Source: Phoronis australis (Eukaryota > Animalia > Phoronida). From it: 64,000 nt of DNA. Positions within the stretch are counted from its first letter, which is position 1. Each line of letters starts with the position of its first letter. Shown in pieces: positions 51,745-64,000 of the stretch. The stretch spans positions 545,273 through 609,272 of the forward strand of contig NMRA01000205.1 in NCBI GenBank assembly GCA_002633005.1. Reading direction: 5' to 3'. The notes under the pieces are model-generated. The model was not told the origin of the DNA and did no database searches. It saw only the letters and a list, made by a program, of their open reading frames with translations. Made by a program: the position numbers and the translations under genes.

Positions 51745-52060
51745 GCAATGTGTGACTACCTTCAGACACCGGTCACTAATCTGTGACTGCAGTCGTACAC
51801 TTGTTGCAGTCAACGGCTCAACACCAGCCATAGACCTGTGACTAGTGTTAGACAATCATAGATTTTGATTGTAGCCAGACTAGTCAAAGATTTGTGACTG
51901 ATCAGAGAGCAGCCATTGTTGTGTGACTGATTAGATACCAGCATAGCTCTGGACTGTAGTCTTTAGTTTTATGACTCGTCAGAAAACAGCCATGGATGTA
52001 TGTCTGGTCACGCTCGTGATTATGGTCCATCATGTACACTACCATCAGACACCAGGTGTC
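51745..52060. repeat. Highly degenerate ~29-bp minisatellite
   Basis: Recurrent CAGACACCAGCCATAGA..TGTGACTG-like units. Confidence 0.55.
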
Positions 52061-52823
52061 ATCTTGTAATGTCTATCAGCTCTAGGTCAGTTATGCGTCT
52101 GTTATAAGTTAGAAATTTAAACAGGTAGCATTTTGTAGTCGATATTTTCTTATGTTTTAGCATTGAAACGTGTTCTTAATTTTGTGAAGTTGCTATTTAA
52201 TTTTTAAGATTGCCCCAACAAAAGTGTTGGCTGCTGTGTACAGTAAAGTTATGTTTTGTGTCTTGCCTTCTGGGACACCAGGATGTTACAGTTTTCCAAA
52301 ATGGGATCTGTTGTACATAGGGCATAAGCTAGTCAACGTCAAAAGCCTAGTACCATTAAGTCTACTGTGTTTGCCTTTGTTTATATCAACCTTGTTCAGC
52401 ATGCGCTGCGTAACCGGAGATCTTGCCTTTTCATTGTGACTGTGAGCCGTGTTGTGGTGGTTTAGTTTGACATTGTTCATTGAGTGTCGCCTTGTGAAGT
52501 GTTCTCGGCACGAGGCCTCCTTTCGAGTGTTTGGAAAGTGAAGGATTCCGGAATCAGCTTCATTTTCTTCTGTAAAACTTGTGATTCAAGCGCATAATTG
52601 CAGAATCAGCTAGCACACACTTTTTATTTTTAAAACATGGTTTTAAAAACTGCTATTTAATGGCTGCTTAGATTCTTACGGAATTATGGTTTTGTGTGTA
52701 TGACGGCCATGGCCTAATTAACACTTGAGGGGGCCTCTGTGAACATTTCTCTTTCATCACCGGTCATGTTTAGTTTGTTGAATTAGTGTGATGTACTATT
52801 GTTTCGTGGTTGCAGTTATTTAA

Positions 52824-52829
52824 AATAAA
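52824..52829 (+). promoter_or_regulatory. Candidate polyadenylation signal
   Basis: AATAAA with a downstream T-rich element. Strand composition switches from GT-rich to CA-rich just after it. Confidence 0.6.
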
Positions 52830-54315
52830 CATTCTGCAAGTTTTCTTTCACGATTTTTGTCTTCTTTTACCAGACTAACACAGTGAATTAATACTCAATG
52901 GATTGAGACTGTTAAAGCCACTTGTAGTCCATTTATCAAACCCTGTAGTGGTTTGGATATCATTATAGAGGATGTTCAGCACAACTTGACTACAAATAGA
53001 ACTCTCTGGAAAGACTGAAGTCCATCGATTGATGCTGCTGCAGCGAGACTTGCTGTAGTTGACTAAAGCCACAGCAAACCATACACCATTTTTCAAAATC
53101 AACTTTTTACAGAAGCATTTCACCTTTCGGAGCATCATCGCTTTCTTATCTATTGGAATACTGCTTCGGTCACTGAAACCAGCTGTGATCAGGAGCAATA
53201 ACAATCTGTTCATTGATCCATTTCTAATCTGAGCGAAGACCAGAATGGTACAAATTTAGTAGCAGTAAGTGACCTTAATCAAAATCTGGTTTTTCGACAG
53301 TGCTGGCTTCATTATCGCACGAGAAAATTAAATTTCCAATCTTAGACCATATTTCCATGTTGTGTGATGTTTTAGAGTCCAAAACTTCACATTTTCACAA
53401 TGATTTACACCAAGATGATACCAAGATTTACAAAAAACAAATTTGGATTAAAGTGTTCTCGTATGAGGATGTGACTCTATTCATTGTGATATTACAATGA
53501 GGGTAACCCCATCCATTTTCCATGGGGACCATCATGGTGTACACCATATTCTGCAAAATGAAGACGATTGACTCCAGGCAATAAAGCTTGCATGTGTTGC
53601 ACGAACATGAGCACATGAAAACACAAGATCGTGCAATACATGCTAAATACTATCTTGGACTACAAGTGAAGCACGCGATCACATTCGCTTCCTTCACAAG
53701 ATTCTTGCTTTTATGTAACTCAGACCTGAGTAATGATGTGAAACTGAGGCTAGAATGTTAATGCTAACTCGCATTACCAGTGGAATGTTTTTTCGCAAAA
53801 CGGGGTCTACTTGAAACTGAAACATGACTAAGGATAACATTCTGTAATAATAAGAATAAAGCTAAATAATACATTCTTTTTGTACAAGTAAATAACGCCC
53901 ATCTGACTATATACAATTTTTATTATATCTTGGCAAATTGCATTTTAGCACCTATTGGGATAAATAGCAAAATTTGCGTAACACACTGAACTCTTACTGG
54001 CAAAAAGAACATGGACTCATATTAGCAGCCAACTCCAAAGATAAAGTCTTGAAAATACTGCAGAGACACTACAATGGTATACATTCCTTTGTCTGCTGCT
54101 CACAAAGTATAGAATTCAGGGAATTTCATCTACGGCACTGCTGTTGTTTTTCAAATGCATTGTGGCATGTCTTCATTGTTGTGGGCAAGTGGTCGGCTTG
54201 TTGACATCACAGATAACTTGTGGACGAGTAACCAAACTCGTAATTTGTGTTTTAGATGATGAGATCTGCATTTGAAAAATGTCAGCTTCACCATAGATGG
54301 AATACACCGAAATGA

Positions 54316-54415
54316 GGTACCATCCAAGGCCAGATGTACCATACAAGGCCAGAGGTACCATTCAAGGCCAGATGTACCATCCAAGGCCAGAATGATGTAC
54401 CATTCAAGGCCAGAT
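54316..54415. repeat. 19-bp tandem repeat, about 5 copies
   Basis: Unit GTACCAT(C/A/T)CAAGGCCAGA(T/G). Confidence 0.9.
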
Positions 54416-54927
54416 TTGCATGGGATCATATCGGAAAACACTAGTATGATGTTCAATAGCTACAAAACATTAAAGACATACCACTTCTTTAGCTTGATGG
54501 CTCAACTGACAGTCTCACATCGTATCCAGAGGAGTATTGACTAGATTATACGACACTGGAATGAAGCATCATTTTCAAAATTTTCTGATCTCCTCAATAC
54601 AACAGGGCTCAGCTGTCTATTAGAACCATCGACACGAAAAACAAAAACCACAACCCTAGTTCACAGCACTGCAGAATTATATAAGATTGCCTCACTGTCG
54701 TTAGTGTGCGTTGAAAAAATGTTTCTAGTAGAAACCTTGTCTAACACTTAGTCAGGGGAAATTATTCCAACAGGTTAGCATGCACGTTTAAGAAACGATA
54801 CGTGTTTCTTCGAAATGCTAGTCCATAACACACATACATGTTTAGGGGCATCATATTTCTTAATAGCCACTTTTGACAACACAAAATGCCTTTTTGACCA
54901 TAATCACTTTAATAAAAATCAAGTGAC

Positions 54928-57232
54928 TGGCTATTTATTTTTTCTGGTTCTTCGAGTCAACAAAGTATTTGTCATTCCAGATACATTTTTAAAGGTTTTT
55001 TGAAGACTTCTCTTAAACATTGGTACTAAGATATTTGCGTTATGACCCTAACTGGAAATAAATAGTGCATCGAAATGTTCTCCCAGTAACACCAGATCTA
55101 CCTCAACTGAGACTTTTGTCATAAACCACTTTACAATGCAAGTTATGAAACTGAGCTAACGATTTTCCCCAATTGAAATCCAAACAGTCAAACACTTTCA
55201 CAGAAATTCCAAAATCTATTTGCGATGAAACACGACAATTATAACAGATACTGTACAGCAGTTTTCATAAAAGAAAACACAATCTCAACTCTTGTAATCA
55301 TAAACTTCAAACCAATAACAAAGCAACAATCCTTGTTCATTCTATGTGCAATTACTGTTTTTCTTTTCACAGTTTTGTCGCAACTTCAGTGACACCAGAC
55401 ATCTGCCATAAGACTTTGTCGAAAATGCTAAAAAGGACACAACAGCATCTCAAAAGTAGATCTCGTGAATGTCAGTGCTGTCCCAAACATTTTTCACCAA
55501 TAGCAATTGCCAATTGTCCAGCTTTAAAATAAGTCTCAGAATAGATCAGCCTTTCACAGCCCAAAACGATCATTATATTCTACAACAGTGACAATACAAC
55601 TAACGATCAACAAGAGAAAACACATATGTAACATTACCCCTCTCTCAACTTCAGTACTGCATAAAAGTTATCCGCTGCATAACAACTCAGATTGTTGCCG
55701 TGCGTCAAAAACAATGTTCCACAACAATATTTTGTTTGATTACTTTTGTGTAGTACTGCATTCGCCGACTGTCTCAGGATGTCCACACTTTTCAGGCCAT
55801 TTACTTGGACGTTGTCTACAACCTGCGTATGATCCCCCACTACACCACTGTACACAACTAATGTAATCACACAAAATAACCCAGAATTCCCCCATCATGA
55901 TGGCCGAACACACTCGTAAGTTACCGTCACCATAGCTGGTCATCTAGACCAGGAATGACGAGGAAAGAAGACAAAACAAAGACCGGGATATTACAACCAC
56001 AATGAACAGTCATTACTCCTCATGTGCACTGCAAGTGGAAAAAGCGGTCACGGCCGGGAAACGGTATATGTCCANTGGCTATTTATTTTTTTCTGGTTCT
56101 TCGAGTCAACAAAGTATTTGTCATTCCAGATACATTTTTAAAGGTTTTTTGAAGACTTCTCTTAAACATTGGTACTAAGATATTTGCGTTATGACCCTAA
56201 CTGGAAATAAATAGTTTTCATGCATCGAAATGTTCTCCCAGTAACACCAGATCTACCTCAACTGAGACTTTTGTCATGAACCACTTTACAATGCAAGTTA
56301 TGAAACTGAGCTAACGATTTTCCCCAATTGAAATCCAAACAATCAAACACTTTCCCAGAAATTCCAAAATCTATTTGCGATGAAACACGACAATTATAAC
56401 AGATACTGTACAGCAGTTTTCATAAAAGAAAACACAATCTCAACTCTTTTAATCATAAACTTCAAACCAATAACAAAGCAACAATCCTTGTTCATTCTAT
56501 GTGCAATTACTGTTTGTTTTCTTTTCACAGTTTTGTTGCAACTTCAGTGACACCAGACATCTGTCATAAGACTTTGTCGAAAATGCTAAAAAGGACACAA
56601 CAGCATCTCAAAAGTAGATCTCGTGAATGTCAGTGCTGTCCCAAACATTTTTCACCAATAGCAATTGCTTCTTTAAGTCCAGCTTTAAAGCAAGTCTCAG
56701 AATAGATCAGCCTTTCACAGCCCAAAACGATCACTATATTCTACAACAGTGACAACACAACTAACAATCAACAAGAGAAAACACATATGTAACATTACCC
56801 CTCTCTCAACTTCAGTACTGCATAAAAGTTATCCGCTGCATAACAACAATTGTTTCCGTGCGTCAAAAACAGCGTTCCACAACAATATTTTGTTTGATTA
56901 ATTTTGTGTAGTACTGCATTCCCCGACTGTCTCAGGATGTCCACACTTTTCAGGCCATTTACTTGGACGTTGTCTACAACCTGCGTATGATCCCCCACTA
57001 CACCACTGTACACAACTAATGTAATCACACAAAATAACCCAGAATTCCCCCATCATGATGGCCGAACACACTCGTAAGTTACCGTCACCATAGCTGGTCA
57101 TCTAGACCAGGAATGACGAGGAAAGTAGACAAAACAAACACCGGGATATTACAACCAGAATGAACAGTCATTACTCCTCATGTGCACTGCAAGTGGAAAA
57201 AGCGGTCACGGCCGGGAAACGGTATATGTCCA
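54928..57232. repeat. Near-identical tandem duplication across a single N (probable haplotype/assembly artefact)
   Basis: 54928-56074 matches 56076-57232, with N at 56075. Only substitutions and few-bp indels differ. Confidence 0.9.
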
Positions 57233-57249
57233 GACACTTAGTAAACATA

Positions 57250-58190
57250 TACGTAATTCTGAAGTCTCTAGCTCAAAATTTTAGTTTGCACTCAATGACC
57301 TTTGACCTATTTTTTCTGATTGGTTAGGCCTATTGCGAAGTAAAGTAGGGTATTGACTTACACCAGTGTGCTGAAATTGAAAAGAATTCCTTGAAGCTGA
57401 AATTGAAAAGAATTCCTTGAAAACGTAAAAGATATAACATTTTGAACGTTACATGACCTTTGCACTAATTGACCTTATCCGGTGCATTTTAAGCATCTTT
57501 TGGAGAATCATTGCAAAGCCCACGGAAAATGTGTTTAACGCTGAGAATCACAGTTGTCTAACGGTTGACACATCAGAATACTTGTTGATTGAAAAGGTCA
57601 AATTTTCAGAAGAAAAATGCACCTAATGACCCCATGTTTGCACTAAATGACCTGAAACTTTGGATTCCGATTTGTTTTACCTGTGGCAATCAGACCTGTC
57701 AATTTGAAGTGTCTAGCTCAAAGTTTTAGTTTGCACCTAATGACCTATGACCTATTTCACCTGATTGGATGACCCGATTACTTAGAAAAGTAATTTTTTA
57801 AATTGTCATGTTGACTTATACCTGTGCACCGAATTTGAAAAAGATAGCTTTAAAACTGGAGGAGTAGCATTTTGAAATTATATGACCTTTGCACCAAACG
57901 ACCTCTTCCGGTGCAATATGGAATATGATTATATAACCAATCAAAATTTATATACTGTCAAAAGTCATATGCTGAATTTAAAGACCGTACCTGCACCCAA
58001 TTTGGAGTTATTAAGCCTCAAAGTTGGTCGGAAGAAGAATAAGAAGAATAAGAATAAGAATAAAATTGAAGAAAACCCAGGAACAACAGCACTCTGCGCT
58101 TACACGCGCAGAGTAATAAGAAGAATAAGAATAAAATTGAAGAAAACCCAGGAACAACAGTATTCTGCGCTTACACGCGCAGAGTAATTA
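57250..58190 (-). mobile_element. Helentron/DINE-like non-autonomous element with duplicated hairpin terminus
   Basis: Hairpin ACTCTGCGC-TTACAC-GCGCAGAGT (58091-58114) repeated at ~58162-58185, (AAGAAT)n microsatellite, and internal repeats rich in TGACCT(T/A)TGACCT (~57260-57480 resembles ~57705-57915). Left boundary uncertain. Confidence 0.6.
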
Positions 58191-58241
58191 TTATTTTTGT
58201 GCGAAACAAGTGGAGAATTACCATACTATACGTCCTAACGC

Positions 58242-58476
58242 CTATTCTTCTGTACCACTTCTAGAGTAGTTGGCAGCCTTATTAGCAGCACTTTCCTTCA
58301 GGCCCGCGATGTAGCCCGCATGCTGATCGCGCCATTGCTGCTCCACCGTTCTTCCACGGCTCTCATCACGTCTGCCCCACTGTAGGAACGCGTAGCCGAG
58401 GAGAGCCGTAATAGCTGTGGCGATGATGTTCACCCGAATGCGGAAGGAGTCCTTGGCTCTCTTGATCCGCGAGGTC
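58242..58476 (-). CDS. FAM162: FAM162-like exon 3: (P)TSRIKRAKDSFRIRVNIIATAITALLGYAFLQWGRRDESRGRTVEQQW...GTEE*
   Basis: CTCATTCTAG acceptor, phase 2. AK..(M/F)R(V/I)(K/R), a transmembrane stretch, then G(K/R)(K/R), as in FAM162A/DUF1075. Confidence 0.85.
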
Positions 58477-59251
58477 CTAGAATGAGCGATTCCAGTTGCA
58501 TAATATGTTTCACATCAGGAAACTTTATCGATCCAAACTTGATTGAATGAACAAGTGCTGTGCTCTCAAAAAATAATGGAAATGAGTTATCACAAAGTGT
58601 TTGCATTGTGTGACTTACAGCGCCACTCCTCTGGTTTGAAGAATATTTTTATTAATTTTGTTTTCAAATGCGCTCCCACATTCAAATTTTTGATATATTG
58701 AAAATTCCGAATTTAAATCTAGTCATTTTGAAGACAATCGATTACGTGTTGAAGGAGCATCAATTGGTTAAAAGTTCCAACTAAACTGGTTTGTCAATTT
58801 ATTAGTAAAAAGAACAGGCAAGTCTCTTTAAAGCTGTATTTTGCCTTCTAGATGACTAAAAACAAATTAGTCCATTTGCTCAACTTGCACAAAGGGCCTC
58901 ATAATATTCCTCACCATGACAGCTCCATTACCAACTCAAGTCACAGGCATTCCATAGTATTCCATACATGTACCATTTTCAAATTTGAAATTCCAAGGTT
59001 CACCAACCCCAATACACACTGAAAGATTTTCTTGCGTCACTCATGATTTTGATGTTGTTGTTGGTAACGAATCCGAGATAGAATCCTATCAAGGTAAGGA
59101 ATGAAAGAGGATGATTTCACGAGGGTAAAACACCAAACTAGATTTCCATTCTTTAGTTGGGTAAACAGGCCGAAGCGCAGCTTTAAGTAAAATATGCTTA
59201 ACGCTCTCAACAAATAATCCCACAACTTACTCCGAACACAGGTTTACTTAC

Positions 59252-59348
59252 GGTACTTTTTCGGGTACCTCGGCTAATGACGGGTAGGTTTTTGTCCATA
59301 CCAGCATTTTCTTTTGAAATTCTGTAGGAGTCTGAAGCTGTTGAATCT
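59252..59348 (-). CDS. FAM162: FAM162-like exon 2: (E)IQQLQTPTEFQKKMLVWTKTYPSLAEVPEKV
   Basis: TTTCAG acceptor and GTAAGT donor. Resembles FAM162A PTDWQKKILIWSGRFKKEDEIPETV. Phases 1 to 2 fit both neighbours. Confidence 0.88.
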
Positions 59349-60773
59349 CTGAAACAGCACCGGAAAAAAGTAGTACGGGTAGTCTAATACATGTCGTATC
59401 AGTCATGCACTGGCCGTTTAGCAGGGCCCACTGCACAAAACACATGAATGCATTTTTCCATTGAAGAACACAATACACATGTGCACAAATTAAAACCGAG
59501 CTGAGGAATTGACCTATCGCAAACTCCGCCCCCTTGCGTAATGTCGACAAACAAACAACAAATTTTACCCAGTAACATGTTGTTTGTCGGGTAAAATGGC
59601 GGCTAGGAAATGAAGGTGTGTCAAGAATGATGCGTTGTGACTGGTCAGTTAAGTCCTGGAGATAGGTCAATTAAAGACCTAACTCAAAGGGTCTAGCAGT
59701 ATGGTTCAGTGGGCACCGAAAGTAGTAGGAAAGTTAGAGTATTAGACAGGAATCAAGTAACATGTTGGAGAGACATACTGGTAGAACAGAGCCTGCCACT
59801 GACACTTATATTCTAAGAGAACCTACAACATTACGGAGCAAAAATTTCCTATTTCTCGAGTAATTACATTAATGATCCACTTATTTAGCACACTCACAAC
59901 ATTTCGCACACCCAAAGTTATTCGTAAAAATAATATTTTGTCCCGTACTTTCTAGTACTTCGCACGAGACTACTTAGTTTACGCAAATTAGGTTACACAA
60001 GAATTCCCACCATCAGTTTTACACTGTAAAAAATTGCAATGTAGAGCATGTCATTAATTCCTGTAGGGCAATACACACAAGGTGTGAACATTGTACATTC
60101 ACCACCAGAACATCTTATGCTGTTGTAAACAGCATTAAGTAACTTAATTACTGTTAACAGCGAATGTGCAAGTCCGCCATCTTGAATTTGCCGCCACAAT
60201 TGCATTATGGGAAATGTATGCCTCTATAGCTTGACAACCGATTGTGTACAGCGTTGCCGGGTGTTGTTGTAACGAATGTTTAGCACAGAAGTGGTCAATA
60301 AAGTTATTTTATTTGAATTCTTATCCAAAAATTAACTAGTGCAGGAAGCATGCAACTGTATTGTATTATAGAAATGTTTTCGAAATGAATAAAGTCAACG
60401 TTGCCGCACCCCAGCTCCGTCAACTCCGGGGCCCGGTCTGCAATCTCCGTCAGACTCATATTCATACTCGAGATTTCAAACTCAAAATTGTGCTCACTGG
60501 AGTCGTAGGCCTACTCGAAAAAGTGTATTTAATGTCACATTTCGAGTAAATTCCAAACGCGTGTTCAAATTTGAGAATCGTATTCGAGTTGCTATGCCGT
60601 AACTCTTCAGTTATGATGTGACATGCAAAACCACGAAAAGTAGTACAGGCATTCAGAGTTCATCAGTGAATGCGACGAGACGTCTACTCATAAATCGGCA
60701 AAAAATCTGGAATATCATTCGGGGATTGAGGAATTATCGACGACTAAACTATTATGTGAAATCTGACAGGGAA

Positions 60774-60920
60774 CAAGGGCGGATCCAGGATTTTGAGTTA
60801 GGGGGGACATGGCAGAGTATTAGCCAGGATTTTGCCCGTCAGACATTCGCACCTCCCATCTGACAAAGGTAAACTAGGAGAATTTTAAGGGGCCATGGCC
60901 CCCCTCTAAATCCGATACTG
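60774..60920. mobile_element. Short degenerate MITE-like element
   Basis: Ends CAAGGGCGGATCCAG and CTAAATCCGATACTG are imperfect inverted repeats with internal G/C runs. No clean TSD. Confidence 0.4.
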
Positions 60921-61809
60921 GGGAAGCAAATTGTTTTCATTAAGTTTCCATTGGAAACCGTACAAACCGTTGCACACGCACTTCAATCACGGCAATCCCC
61001 ACCCCACAGCTGCTTTTGACCCTTGCAATGACTCGTCGACATGGGATTAGCACTCGCCAATTGTCAGGAATCGTAGTAAGGATTTTGAAAATTGACGGCA
61101 ATGAAGAGCGGTGAGCATGAAGTGTGAGTCTGAGTACTGATTCGAGTCTGAGTACGGAGATTGGAGACCGGGGCCAGGTAAACTATAAGCACATGTCTTG
61201 GATTGTACAAATTTTTAAAATTATAATTTTAATAAGATACTGAGAATTTGTAACATATTTTTCTAGTCTTAATAATTGAAAACGGCAGCTAAATATAATA
61301 ATCTCTTCTGTATAGAAACTCTTCCGCTGCTGCTAGGCATACAAACTATCCCAGAATGCAATAGAGAGGAACTGGTGTGGGGCATGCGCATTGAGATTTG
61401 CACATTCACTATTGTATCACATTGGCAACGTGTGGATTCCATTTTGTTAAATTCACAAATGGACAGTTGGCGATGCTTGGTTACTCGGTTAATTTTGCAC
61501 GCCCGTCAAAGTCTGTACTATAATTGGCACACCCTGTTAATCAGGAAAATAAAACTTATTTTGTGGAAAATTAGTGGAGAACAACTGATTAGCTTCGTGA
61601 TTTTTGACAACATGTCATGAAAGTCGACGACATTTCACAGGACAGCTCAAAAACAATTCGGCAAAGAGACAATTTGTGGGTAAGGGAAGCCTAAAAATGA
61701 ACCCCAATTATCTATAACGAAACTGATTGCTTACGGTAACATGGGAGATAACATTGATCAGATATTATTATGACACACGCTACTGTTGGCCCTGTTGCCA
61801 GGTGCATAC

Positions 61810-61927
61810 CTGCATCAGTTGAAGCGAGTCTTTGTGTACAACTGGATATCCTAAGCCCATTTCTGGCTGCCAACCCGTGCCTCACACAAGAGGACAGAGC
61901 CGATGCAAGTCTAGGTAAAGATGCCAT
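61810..61927 (-). CDS. FAM162: FAM162-like exon 1: MASLPRLASALSSCVRHGLAARNGLRISSCTQRLASTDA (mitochondrial presequence-like)
   Basis: Arg/Ser/Leu/Ala-rich and almost free of acidic residues, CAG/GTATGC donor. The three exons give a 149-aa protein. An AG acceptor lies 3 nt before the ATG. Confidence 0.8.
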
Positions 61928-63662
61928 CTCCTACGACAAGTTCGCTTCGATGTTGCTTAGTTTACTGAAAAGAAAACATCTCAGCATTAACGCAATGCAT
62001 TGACTTGACTAATGAAAGACTAGAACTACACTACGTGGCGCTAGTGAAGCAACAATCCTACCTGTATTACATTCAAGAGGTCACATGCCAGGTTTTCTCA
62101 GTTCTCAGTGAAAACACCCTTTTCTCCCAAAATTATCGTCAAGATCAATCCCAGCCATGACAAAAACTTGTGACGCTCACAACACAGCTGTAAGTCTACA
62201 GACATGGTTGTATTTGTATTTCTCATAGCTATTTGCAAAGCACGACCTAAGCTTTTAGCGAATTACACGGGACCTGTGAGGAAATACCACCCGACATGAA
62301 CCACAATATCCAATCTATGACAGAAGGAGTATGAATTCCTAGTTAATTCCTGCTTTTATCTTTCAAGAGTGACACCAATAATGCATTAACCAGTGACAAC
62401 AAGGACTGATTGAAATCATCAAAGCAGTGTTTAGTATCATTTTAAGGTTAGAATCACCTTTGCAAAACATTTTGGCTATTTGAGGCAATGGCAATGAGGG
62501 GTGGTGACAGGGGTGAAATTGGTGGTAAAGAAGGGACTTTCCACCTCGACCAAAAATATTCCCATCTGAGAAGGCACAGACAGCTATCTCTTTAGGCTCA
62601 ATGAAACATCAGTCCCATAATATTATTCATCATGACAGGATTTTATTTCCATTACCAACAAGAACATCAAAATCAGCAACTCGAGAAAATATTTGAGAAA
62701 TCGAAAATGTAAGCATATTGCTCAAGGGGTTATAAGCCCTCCTCAATGGATCACAGACAGGCAACTGCAGCAGAAATGTTTGTTGTAAAATTTCTTTACT
62801 GTCAGACAAAATTGTGAATTTCAAAAACACAAATTGATTGACAACAAAATTTATGGTCAATTAGTACTGGATGTCAGCCACAAATCTCGAGATCAACTTA
62901 ATTTGAATGCGAATTTTGCATACAATGTTAGATTTACGGACTGCAAAATGCAAGGAAACAGTTAAGTAAAAAATTAGATGTCTAAAACTTGTTGATGCAA
63001 ACAAATGTCAAAAGCATGTACAGTTGCCCCATAATGATAGTACTTCAGTGATGGGTTCATCCAGATAAACTAGGTCACGAGACATGAGATGAGGGATGTA
63101 GACTCACGAGACACACATTTGTCCAGTTATTATCAGATAATGCCATAGTTTGCAGATAGTTATTTGTGCAGAAATCCTTTGTAGTGCCAATCAGTCCACA
63201 ACTGAGTCTGAGGCCTTGAGTGGTATTCTGATTTTGACAGCTGTTTGCACCCAGAGCTGGGCAATCTAAGAGACCCAAGTACTGTACCTTTTTAGAGAAC
63301 GGACAAAAAAGTACTGTAAAATCTTAAACAATTCAGTACACAACATGGCCGACAAGTGCAATTTTATTTTATCATTGTTTTGTCACGCAACATTTGGCAC
63401 CAGCAAATTAAATGGTGTTCCATGTTCAATATTTGTACCACAGCTACCATCGGACAAAATTTTGAAAAATTGTGGGAGCCACAACTGTTAGAGACCGTTT
63501 TCTCTTGGTATCTTTACCATCACAACACAGGTTAATACAAGCTGGCTGTCTCTTGTAGAGTCTTGTACAGGTCCTTGACTCCTATAACTTTTACCATCAC
63601 TACATCCCATTCAAGGTCCGCGGGTCCTAGTTGGCAGTGCTTCCTCAGTAAATCTTGTTTAC

Positions 63663-63674
63663 CGACTTCGCCAT
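63663..63674 (-). CDS. FAM162: Candidate upstream first exon end for FAM162-like gene (MAKS)
   Basis: AAATGGCG (YY1-like/initiator context), ATG GCG AAG TCG/GTAAAC. Joins AG/GAG ATG at 61930 in frame. Confidence 0.35.
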
Positions 63675-64000
63675 TTGCAGAAATTAATTGCAGATCAGTT
63701 CGGTCAAAATGAAAATCGAACCACCGACCCCAATAAAACTGGCAAGCATAGTAACCACAAAACAGGGGCTCAGCCTGGATTTCAACTTCAACAACAGTGA
63801 TCCCTAAGTATCCGAATTTACCCTCAGGCTGTCCTCCTTCCAGGGACATGTACACCAGGTGCCAATTAACGTCTGGGATCTTAGCCAATCGATCAAATTC
63901 AAAGAACAATAGTCCAAGATTTTATATTTTGCCAAGACTCAAATCATCGTTATGCAATAATTAATAACAAATCAACACACCACTCTCACTCTCTCAGCTT

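Larger units (their letters stand above)
50731..52850 (+). other. CELF1/2: Probable terminal 3'UTR exon of the CELF gene
   Basis: Donor G/GTGAGC 1 nt after the stop, strong acceptor TCTCTTCTCTTCCTAG ending at 50730, GU-rich sequence, AATAAA at 52824-52829 followed by a T-rich tract. Pairing of donor and acceptor is inferred. Confidence 0.6.

Noticed and set aside
54316-54415. CRISPR-like repeat (also 3205-3276 and 42955-43150)
   Set aside because: Head-to-tail units without unique spacers, eukaryotic context, no cas genes.
55344-57101. Repeated Cys-rich short ORFs
   Set aside because: Duplicated by the third haplotype pair and lying in UTR-like sequence; no family motif.
63532-63909. 125-aa minus-strand ORF
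   Set aside because: No recognisable homology and a non-ATG start; it overlaps a likely promoter/first-exon region.

Overview
Eukaryotic, AT-rich, intron-rich animal DNA, probably a heterozygous marine invertebrate assembly (inference). The + strand carries most of a CELF1/2-type (Bruno/ETR-1/CUGBP-like) RNA-binding protein gene. I could reconstruct 17 coding exons between 11773 and 48074: second half of RRM1, RRM2, a linker split into a run of frame-preserving phase-1 exons including a 24-nt microexon, and RRM3. A probable 3'UTR intron and a GU-rich terminal exon follow, ending near 52850. The 5' exons were not found and probably lie upstream of the window. Converging on it from the - strand is a FAM162-like (DUF1075) mitochondrial membrane protein gene with coding exons at 61927-58242. 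Three single-N positions (9060, 27173, 56075) each separate near-identical tandem copies that look like two haplotypes placed side by side. Two of these pairs expose transposon presence/absence polymorphisms (a 151-bp MITE and a ~1.2-kb Helentron/DINE-like element). Other repeats are a tRNA-derived SINE with a 16-bp TSD, PIF/Harbinger-like MITEs, an unclassified element with a 164-bp hairpin, and minisatellites. Most ORFs in the supplied track are spurious. I found no prokaryote-type system or CRISPR array. All exon calls are by eye from splice signals, frame continuity and remembered family motifs; no alignment or RNA evidence was available.
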